Below are positions 1-9,800 of a stretch of 64,000 bases of DNA, piece after piece. Source of the stretch: Amphiscolops sp. MND2022 (taxonomy: Eukaryota). Position 1 is the first letter of the stretch. Each line of letters begins with the position of its first letter. Position numbers and translations under genes: made by a program. The notes under the pieces were generated by a model, which searched no databases, was not told the DNA's origin, and was given only the letters and a program-made list of their open reading frames with translations. Where the stretch lies: the NCBI GenBank assembly GCA_964187785.1, contig OZ076409.1:63304001-63368000 (forward strand). The letters are read 5' to 3'.

Positions 1-141
1 AAACGTCAGTCAACGTTAAGTTTTACTTGCTTGATTAATATCAAGTCTGCTAAGATCTGAGCAGGTCAATATGAAATTTGGTATTTTCAGGATCGAGTCT
101 TGCAATCAGGTGTGTAAAATATTCTATTTTCAAAGAAATGT

Positions 142-718
142 ATTTTTAGTGGGCGCATTTTCCTTTAAGGAAAAAAGCCCGACTATTACAGTGGCTAGTT
201 TTTTTTTCTTTTTTTTTCGTCAGACACCAGAGCTCATCGCGTATGTACCACTTTTTACAGAAACTGATAAGTTCATTCAGGCCAAGTTCGACCAATGCAA
301 ACTTACTGCAAAGGGTCCCCCCTTTCGTTTTTTACCTTTTTTACGTAACCTACAAAACCGCAAGACTCCAAAGGGTCCCCCCTTTCAATTTTTTTTCGGC
401 AAAATTTTTCAAAAGAGTCCCCCCTTCGGATTTTTTGATATTTTGCAACAAAAAGTATGTTAATGAATCCCAAAGGGTCCCCCCTTTTCATTTTTCGGCA
501 CTATGCTACGTTTTCGAAGTTTTTTTCAAAAAAAAAACTTTTCAAAAAAAATTTTCAAAAAAATTTTCAATCCAGTCATATCGAGCATGAAGGGCACACT
601 TTGGGTGTCTCGAAAGTGTTTTCAAAGCTTTTCATGAATACATCCTGGGCATATTTAGAAAACTCTGAGCTTTTTGAGCCTTAGATATAGCGGCGACTTT
701 AGACGTTCCCGTCTTGTT
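142..718 (+). mobile_element. HINE-like short repeat, family A
   Basis: TTTTTAGTGGGCGC start, repeated AAAGGGTCCCCC units, end GATATAGCGGCGACTT...CCCGTCTTGTT shared with 43464-43566 and 47381-47425. Confidence 0.65.
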
Positions 719-3703
719 TACACCAATTGCGTCTTTCTTCACTTATTAGTTAATAGATTGAAGCGCAAATATTGTTGGAACGTTTCATTGTCCAGCATAG
801 CATTGATTTGCAAATACGTAAATGCCAGAAACAATCATTTGAATGGCAGGGATCACGCAGGCTAATCGTGATTGCAATATACTCATGCAATCTACTCATG
901 AAATAGCATTTCCCGTTCGAGCACACGATGTATAATAGGTCAATTTCAAGATGTTTTGGCCCTAGTAACAGCTTCCACAGAGTCTGTTTCGGGTAGGCCA
1001 AAGAAGCTTTTCAGAGACAGACAAGAAGGGAAGCCATGCAACACCTATTGAGCAACGAAATTATTGACAACGGTGTAAAAAACATAGGCGCAACTGCCAT
1101 TGCGCGATGGCTCCGAACAGACGAACTCTCCGAGGCTTCAAATTATTCAGCAAGCAAAATTAGATTCCAACTCGTGTCCAGGGATCATATGATCTTTCAT
1201 TGTATTATGTCAAAGAGCGTTGGCTAGGTCATTTGTATGAGACGATGTGAATTACAGAAATCTCTGCGGCAGTAGACGCTAGATAAAGCATTTAACATGA
1301 ACCGAAATTTTGCAGCTACACAAGTGAACTGTCAAGCCCAAATAAACATAGGTGCTATTGACAAGACGATTACCATTTGGAAGTAGGAAAAACAACAAAC
1401 TTAACTAGTTGGATATATATAACAATCAAAGGTATTTTGAGATGGGTTCGATATGGTTCAAGTGGTATAATTACGCAAACTTGGAAAAAAACCTTTAAAA
1501 TTTTGCAAAAATTGTGTTTTCGAAGCTAATAAAATCGCCCAGGCGGAAAGTTTTCGGAACTTTCTTACATGACCAGAAAGAGCATTCAGTTGCGGTTCTA
1601 ATTCTAAAATTATGAATTGTCTCGGAGAAATAGGCTTGGAGGAAAATAGCCGAAACATTCACTTATGCAGAGGGATGTCACGTTTTGGAAAGAGCTCACT
1701 ATGGAAAGAGCTCGTCGTGTCATGACCTGCTCGAAATATTGACGAAAAGAGTTACTGAACGAGATCAAAAGGGAGCAAGGCAACAAAAAGAAACAATATT
1801 ACCAATTATTGCGATTGTTTTCAACGTCCTAAAGCATCAAACAAATGATAGTTGCCGCTAAGTTGCAGTTATATCACCGTCTTCTATGGTTTAGAAAGTT
1901 GGGGATTGTTTTGAGCGGACAGGAAGAACTCAACTTGAGAAACAAACATTCTAAATCGAAAGGGAAAGTATTGTGTCTGACACTCTCACTTGTTTGAAGC
2001 TGCGTCCTCAAGTAAATACATCGATGAAAGATTTGCGCTGCTATTGATATTAAATTAAAACCCGCTGTTGTAAGGTTGACTGCAATGAGGCGGTTATGTT
2101 CACAAACAATTTTTTTTTACAAAAAACGATCGGGATAAGTCTCAAATTCCGGGTATTTCTGAAACACTGATATTTTTTCTCCATGACTTAAGATCCAATA
2201 TGGTCATTGGAAGAACCCTGAAACTAGACGTACTTGCGTGCAATAAAGAACAAGTACGGCTGACGATTGACATAAAACGACCAAATATGATTTGATTGAT
2301 CATTTTATGGTACTTGATTGCAACCTTCGTGAAAATTTGTTGTGCGAATTATTCAATTATGGGTTTTGGGGTCCAGTGAAACAGCTTCTATGATCATTCA
2401 TTTTTGATAAACAGAATCAAATTGTTCTGAACGGGCTCATGTTGATCGGGACTGAAACAACTAGAATGATGTTTACCACAAGTGTCTGTTGTATTTCCAT
2501 GAACGTTGACTTTTTATACCAACTGTTTGACTGACTTTATTTGCTGAAAATACTAACTTTTATCAAGATGTGCCTTCGACAGAATGCGTTTGAAAGAGAC
2601 TAAACGCAAATTCAATATTTGGATGCATGATAACAAACTCATGTGTAACGGTGGCAAATGAAAACAATAGTCTTTGCTAGTGAGGAACCAGATTTACATT
2701 TCAATGAGATGATATTCAAATTTTTAACGAGCCTGAAACCTTTTGGAATCTGTTTGAATAATAATCTTACGTTTTAGGCATCGGCGATTTTGTCAGTCGA
2801 TTTTTGGACTCCTAAAATCCAATGATTACGCTGAATGATAAAATAAAAACACTCATCTTTTCCCTATAGTACTACACACTGGGATGTCTCTACCCGCTCT
2901 GGTTTTGTCTGTTGAGATTATCTTGGTGTTCGTTACTATGAAAGTCAAAACGATCACCAACATTCGCTTCAGCGGGGGTCACAGTTTGAATATAACTCCA
3001 GCTGATATAACAAAAATATTTTTGGGTCCTAAAGGTATGACCGCCAGCTATGATCCGGCGGATCTCAGAAAAACACTGCGCCACTTTTATCCAAATAGTT
3101 CTTCGAAAAAAATGTTCAGATTTGCATTTGATATTTTATTAGAAACACTCCTCATTCTGAAACCTAATTAGGCTTTCGGACAATACGTCTTTGAATGTTG
3201 TTTCTGCAACAGTGTGATGCCTATTGCTGTTTAGCTAAATTGTTGACTTCAGCGGATACCAGATGAATTAGATTTATTTATCACATTGTTTCTAGAGCCA
3301 TTGGACCCCAAGTTTTTTATTGCTTTGTCTATAAAATGACTATTTTTTCCTGGAAGTCGAAATGACGATACCCAATTCAAAATTCAAATCGACAGTCAGT
3401 CTAACTGCTTTCATCAGTCCTCAGAATGAAAAAATTGTTCTAGGATCTTGTCAAAAAATATCTTGTTCTGTGCAGAATTAACATGCTCAACTCGAATCAT
3501 TTTAGTAGTTTCTTTCGAACCTGGGATGTTCCTCCAGTTAGATCTTTTGAGATACATTTTAGTAGTAGGCACTAAAAATCCCATGTGCGAATCTTGTTGT
3601 TCCATGGTGCTTTCTGTGCAAGATCAGAATATTTTTAATACATTGTTACTACGTAAAAAGTTAAATAAATTTATTGTTCTCTTTGCATCCAAAATAAATA
3701 AAT

Positions 3704-3724
3704 TATATATATATATATATATAT
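3704..3724. repeat. (TA)n microsatellite at the insertion site of element 1
   Basis: TATATA... run abutting the LTR TG. Confidence 0.9.
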
Positions 3725-5674
3725 TGTCGCAGGCTGCCGCCTGTGACGGCACTATGATTACGACAACAAGCAATGACCAAGAAGTCATACCCGGAACGCT
3801 GCCGACTTTTTAAGAATAAAACTGCTAAAACTTTGGAAACTGTTTACATCATGTATTTTTGTTTGTATTTATTTTTTGGTCATTTATACTGGATGTTCAA
3901 ATTAGTCTGTTAATATTACGATTTGGGATTAGCCAAATCAGTTCGTTGATGTAGTAACTGAATTAAATTGCAAAGTTGTATTGATGCTGTAGCAAACAAT
4001 AAGAGAGCAAGTTAACCGCGAGAAGGAAACGTGTTCGAGTGCGGAAACGTCCCTTCTCGGTGATATAACTCACTACAGTTGTGCTAGCCAATCACGTGCT
4101 GTAATTCTTGCTGTACTATTGTTGTATTTATTAATTGGCCGGTTAAGGCCGCCTGACGAAATTCCACTCTCACTGCTCACTACTTTGGTCAAACGGCCGG
4201 ATCCGGCCGTGAAGCAATAATGAAAAGGAACTAACTTATTACGTCAATACTTCATTAGTAATAATACAATTGTTCTTTCATGTAGTTTAAATGTTCATTG
4301 TTGATAATATGAAGCTTTGTTTAGTATTTGGCCGAGTAAGGCCCATTGAACTAATATATATTGTTTCAACTGGTACTCTGGTCAAATGGCCGATTGTGGC
4401 CATTTCATGCATATTTGTGTTTATTGTTCAGTTAACCAGATATTAACCCGGAACTAACATGAATTCATCTCTGAAACAAATGAAGGTGCTTATGGTACTA
4501 TATCATCTGCGTGATCCAAGCATATGCAAAATAGACGAATAAGGCCATTTTCCTTCACTTCCCTGTTGTGCTGTCTGTACTTACGGATTTAAGCCTATTT
4601 CGGTTTCAGCATGAAATGTATTTTCATGAATAGTGGATTCATACCATAGTCCTTATGTGCAGTTATACATTCCATTCTCAGTGTAGTATATAATAAATCT
4701 TGTGTCGGCACGTGCCTCCACTTCACTTTGCGTGAGTTATGTAAACGAAGGTATTTGTTGACACTTTGATGTACATGCCTTAGTCGGTAGTTCGTTTGAA
4801 GCTACTATTTTGACTATATGACCCATAAATGCCATTCCCTAGATGTCCCCGAAGATATGTGAATATCAGGGTTTTCATCATGGAGCTAATAGTCATATGA
4901 TACTATCAACCCAACTAGTTATGTAAGGAATGTGACTGTCATTCCCTAAAGGGTATAAATACTGTTATCCCATTGGGGAAATCATTAATTCCTTCCATTT
5001 TACTCTAGTTAAGTTTAATCTACAAACGGCACCGCTATTATTTCCGTGTTGATTAATTCATTATTGACTCGGGACTGTTTCAATGCCAACCACTAGAAAG
5101 CAAAAGAAAGCTAGAAAGTCTAGAGGACTTGAGATGTTATCAGATATTGAAAATCTGGATATCATGTTAGGCGAAAACCATTTTGATAAAAATGAGAGAA
5201 ATGAAAGTGTGAATAGTAATCAGGCCGGTAGGCCAGAAAGCTTATTTGGAGATGAACTTGGAGATGAGAATGAGAATGGGTTCCCAAACTCAAGAAATAA
5301 TGGACCAAGTCCAAATACCGAATTAGGCCACAATTCAATCAGAGAGTGTTCAAGCGTTGAGATCAATAGATTGTCAAGCGAGTTAAATTCACGTATATCT
5401 CGAGAGATGGACGAAATGATGAATAGTGTCAGTGTTCAGATTCAAAGAGCCATAAATGAGGCAATTAGTAGCCAAATTTTGCCTCAAATCCAAAATGTAG
5501 TTATGGCCGGATCGGGACAATTGACCAAAGAGAGATGGAACGTTCCGGCCGAGAGACCGGAAGGATATTCCGAAGCACTGCAAAACTCAGAACTTAGGAA
5601 CAATTCTAAGAATAAACAAACCAACGACCGCCCCAAAGACGGATTCACAAGCACTAACTCTCGTGCTTACGACA
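3725..5674 (+). repeat. 5' LTR of element 1 (1950 bp, TGTCG...CGACA)
   Basis: Terminal inverted TGTCG/CGACA, followed directly by TGG. The same end point is seen in element 2, where the 3' LTR meets flanking DNA. Confidence 0.9.
4954..4986 (+). promoter_or_regulatory. Putative LTR promoter: TATAAA plus Inr-like TCATT
   Basis: TATAAA at 4954-4959 and TCATT at 4982-4986 (~30 nt spacing), ~100 nt upstream of the gag ATG. Element 2 has TATATATT at the equivalent place. Confidence 0.6.
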
Positions 5675-6801
5675 TGGTGACAGGAGAAAACGAATCTCCA
5701 ATCGAAGTTCCTGAGTTTCTCACGGGACGAATCTCATCCAGAAACCATCTCGACAGGTCCTATGAGGATATTAACCTTGACACGACGATCCCAGCGCAAG
5801 AGAGAAATGCTCCGGCTACTCAAACTGACCCTATTACTCGACTAGCAGATGTCTTGACAACGATGCAGAATAGGCCGACAGCACAACAACTCACTATACG
5901 CCCAGTCAATTCAAACACAATGACTTTTGATGGCAAGAGTGAAAAATTTGAGCTGTTTGAGGACCTGTTCCACACGATGATCAAGATGCAACCGGAAATG
6001 ACGGAACAGATGAAAATAAATCACTTCCACTCATTGCTGAGGAAGAATGCTCTCCAAACCTTCCGGAACATCAGCTCGAGCAATAGACAGACTTTAGAGG
6101 ACGTATTGGTAATATTCAGACGAAAATACGTCAAACCTGAATCACAAGCAACTGCCAAACATAAATGGCACCGTCTAGTCTTCGATCCCAACACGATGAA
6201 ACTGCCAGATTTCCTTGAAGAATTAAATCAAGGGGCAGAAAAAGCATTCGGGGATCACGCGCAGAAAATGATTGACAGTTTGCTCTACGCAAAACTGCCA
6301 CCAAAACTAAAGCGGTCTGTAAACATGGCCAGACTCGAAAACGGCTCTTATGACGAAATAGTTGCTCATTTAGAGAGAGAGTTAGAACTAAATGCCCTTG
6401 AGGAATCAGACGACCTACCAATGGCCACAATGACCTCCTCGACAACAAAATCCAAGACTCCTCTAACTACTGGGCAAATGTCGGACATCACTTGCAACTA
6501 CTGCAAGGAGAAGGGCCATATAGTCAAAGACTGTGAAAAATTGAAAAAGAAAAAGGAAAAAGATGCCCAACAAGGCAAACAGACTCAGAAAAAGACGTAT
6601 CCGGAGTGTGGTACTTGTGGTAAAAAGAACCACCCCGAGGAAAGATGTTGGCAAGGTGCTGGTGCGCATCTCAAACCCAAACGCACCAGACCAGATGATG
6701 CTAACGATGGCAAACCGAATTCAAAGGCGCAGAAACCACAAAACAAACCAACATCTTCCAACTCACAGACCTCATCTTCCAATGATGAGTCAAAAAACTA
6801 A
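5083..6801 (+). CDS. gag: Gag (572 aa) whose first ~197 codons lie inside the LTR
   Basis: Capsid-like region (FDGKSEKFELFEDLF...) and two CCHC knuckles, CNYCKEKGHIVKDC and CGTCGKKNHPEERC. Confidence 0.93.
   Translation: MPTTRKQKKARKSRGLEMLSDIENLDIMLGENHFDKNERNESVNSNQAGRPESLFGDELGDENENGFPNSRNNGPSPNTELGHNSIRECSSVEINRLSSELNSRISREMDEMMNSVSVQIQRAINEAISSQILPQIQNVVMAGSGQLTKERWNVPAERPEGYSEALQNSELRNNSKNKQTNDRPKDGFTSTNSRAYDMVTGENESPIEVPEFLTGRISSRNHLDRSYEDINLDTTIPAQERNAPATQTDPITRLADVLTTMQNRPTAQQLTIRPVNSNTMTFDGKSEKFELFEDLFHTMIKMQPEMTEQMKINHFHSLLRKNALQTFRNISSSNRQTLEDVLVIFRRKYVKPESQATAKHKWHRLVFDPNTMKLPDFLEELNQGAEKAFGDHAQKMIDSLLYAKLPPKLKRSVNMARLENGSYDEIVAHLERELELNALEESDDLPMATMTSSTTKSKTPLTTGQMSDITCNYCKEKGHIVKDCEKLKKKKEKDAQQGKQTQKKTYPECGTCGKKNHPEERCWQGAGAHLKPKRTRPDDANDGKPNSKAQKPQNKPTSSNSQTSSSNDESKN
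5675..5686 (+). other. Primer binding site TGGTGACAGGAG (tRNA-Leu-like)
   Basis: Starts TGG directly after the LTR CA. Matches 11/12 to the complement of the typical metazoan tRNA-Leu(CAG) 3' end (TGGTGTCAGGAG). Identical in element 2 (33684-33695, -). Confidence 0.75.
6792..6798 (+). other. -1 ribosomal frameshift slippery heptamer A AAA AAC
   Basis: Sits in the gag frame immediately before the TAA. The -1 frame is open from here into pol (KKLTSPRLQYNQ...LMGYP). Conserved in element 2. Confidence 0.85.
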
Positions 6802-9800
6802 CTTCGCCACGACTCCAATACAACCAGCTAATATCTGTCCGACAATACATCAGATCGGACCCTCCAACGCAAACTTTCCACCAATACAACCAACAATTGA
6901 TGGGCTATCCCTCTGTTGTCTGGCAGCAGCAGATGGAAAAAGCTACCATTATTACTTACAATAATACCCATTTGTTCCAAAAACCAATTCCTGTATGGGA
7001 TCCTGATTACACATCTGCTTTCAATAGCCGATTCAGGCCCATTCCCTTGGTAGACGATTACAACCCTACCTACATAGACCCCGATTATGGACGAGATCCC
7101 TATTGGGACACGGAACTCTACAACCAAGATCTGTTACAATTCCAATACGTCATTGATGATATCGAACTCTACAACAAATCAGCCCATGAAAATCCTCCAA
7201 TCACCCACAACAAGAAAACTAGAGCATTGATTGAAACCTGGCAAATGAATGATGGCACAAGCCACCCGGTGTTCCCAAATCCCCTGGGGACCGAGAATAC
7301 TGAAAACAGTGGTGAAATCACGCCACAATCATTATTAGATGAAAAACAATTCCAAAATGTACTCATCACCAGAGATGGTGAACCAGACTGTATACCCCTG
7401 TCAACCAACATCAATCTCAAATGCAAAAAACGCATGCTTTATTTCCCAATGGACTTTGGGGAGTTGACCATAGACGGACTAATTGATACTGGGGTACTAT
7501 CCAGTGCGATCCCAGAAATGGACCTCCGGAAAATTCGCCTTTTATCACCACAATCTGTTATCCGAGAAGGTCCGCCTCCGAATTTCCAAATCATGGTCGC
7601 TAATGGGCAATTGGAAACTCCTAAGAGTACCATAGAGCTCAAATTTGAAGTTGGTGACATTGAGTTTCATGAGATTTTCATAGTCATGGAACATTTGACA
7701 GGACCGATCATTGGACTAATGTTCCTGCAGAGAAATCATACAGTTCTGAACATGAGACAAGGAATCTTGAACTTCCCGTTCTTTTCAATGCAGCTCAAAA
7801 CAGCTGATCATAAATACTCGAACGTGCTAGAGCCAATTCTAAACCCTACTGAAATAACCATTCCGCCAAACGACAGAGTCCTGATTAGGACCAATTCCTT
7901 ATTATACCCTGAAAACACGGTCACAGGAATTTTGCAACCGAGCGACCTTCTCCATGAAGAAGGCGACATCACATTCTGTCCAGCCTTGGTCACCTTGAAT
8001 GACGGCAATATATCGATACCAGTGAATAACTTCACAGACCACCCTTACAAACTCAAAAAGGGACTCCATATTGCTAGTTTTTCAGTCATGACGCCAGAAC
8101 AAATGAAATATGTCAAACCGGTAGACCCGGCATCAACCTGGCATTTGTTGCAAAACGACCAAGAGCAAGCAGCCCATTACGTCAGTAGCCTGATCAAGAC
8201 GAACAGAAATTCACAAAACCCCGAAAACTACTGGTTCCCAACTCCGGAAAATCCAGGGAATCCAGAAGAACACACTCCAATCCAGAAAAGAGTCCTCCGC
8301 GAGCTACAAGCCCTACAGGACCTAGAATCCCTTGATCCCACGAAAGACGAGGAATCTAGGGAAAAATTCTTAAGAAATTTTGATTGGAAAGACTCCACCC
8401 TAACCCTGGAAGAGAAAACCAAAATTGAAGAATTGCTAGTGGAATTTCACGACATTTTTGCGAGACACAGATTTGATATAGGCATGAATGAGGAATTCAA
8501 GGTGAAATTGACACCTAAGGACGATTCCCCAGCCTATAGCCAAAGCCTCCCTGTGCCAATAAACTTGAAGGAGGACATATTAGTCGAATTAGCCATGCTC
8601 CACAAATATGGCATAATAACTACTTTACCGTTCTCGAAATACGCCAGCCCAATATTCGCCCAAAAGAAACCAAATGGGAAGCTACGACTTTTGGTTGACT
8701 TGAGAAAAATCAACAACCTTATCTCGGATGATTATATCAACAATAATCACCCTGTTAGCACCTTGGTTGACGCTGCCCAACACTTGGCAGGCAAAAAACT
8801 GTTCTGTAAATTAGACTGTTCACAGGCATACCACTGCCTACCAATGGCCGACCAACGCTCAATCGAAATGTTGGCTTTCAATTTTGCCAGCCGTACATTC
8901 GCGTACAGACGCTTGGCACAAGGCCTTAGTCGGTCACTATCCGCATTCTCGAGTTTCATGAGGGAATACCTCGACAAAGTCATTAAAGCGGATCAGTGCG
9001 CCCAGTATGTGGACGATATCGGCATCGCAGCCAATGATGTTGAGCACCTCATAATGAACCTGAGAGCAACATTCAAATGCATTCAGGAAGCAGGCCTTAA
9101 GCTGACAATGCACAAATGTCACTTTGGCGCAAAAGAAATTGATTTTCTCGGACGGACTATTACCCCGCAAGGCGTCAAACCTCAGAAACAGAACGTGCAA
9201 AACTTTCTAGAAAAGACTAAATTCCCAAAGTCGAAAAAGGCTTTGCAGCGCTACTTGGGATTCTTGAACTACTACAGAAATTATGTCCCAAGACTATCTG
9301 AACGCCTTGCTCCATTCTACAAGATGCTCAAAAGTGACGAAAAGGTCCTAGTATCGAAAGAATTAGTCCAACAATTCGAAGAAATCAACAAGGCACTTGA
9401 CAAATGTTGCGACTTAGCCTTACAACAACCCATTCCTAACAAGCAGATTGCACTCATGACAGATGCAAGTTTCGGAGCTGCAGGATACGCAGTACTCATT
9501 GAAAATGATCCGAGTCAGAAATTCACGTCAATCCGCAAATCATATGCACCGGTCGCTTATGGTTCAAAAACCTTCACCCCAGCCCAGATAAAGATGTCAA
9601 TTTATGCAAAAGAATTTCTTGCGATTTATTTCGCATTCAAAGAATTCGGGCATATTTTCTGGGGAGCGCCGAAACCGATCATAATCCTAACCGACAACAA
9701 AGCAGTAACAAGATTCTTCCAAACGAAAATAATACCCCCAGCCCTGTGGAATGCATGCGATTATGTGATTCAGTTCAACTTTGTCATAGCGCATATTCCG

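Noticed and set aside
1400..3650. Possible highly decayed hAT transposase on the - strand (TATECSF-like text near 1570)
   Set aside because: Only isolated motif-like fragments and no continuous frame; cannot be supported without a profile search.
3448..3813. 121-aa ORF ending SQAAACDG...LPTF
   Set aside because: Chance fusion of flanking DNA and (TA)n with the LTR-encoded tail of the sense accessory ORF.
6563..6964. Overlapping +1-frame ORF conserved in element 2 (32364-32807)
   Set aside because: Shadow of gag/pol conservation. The -1 frame, not this one, connects to pol.
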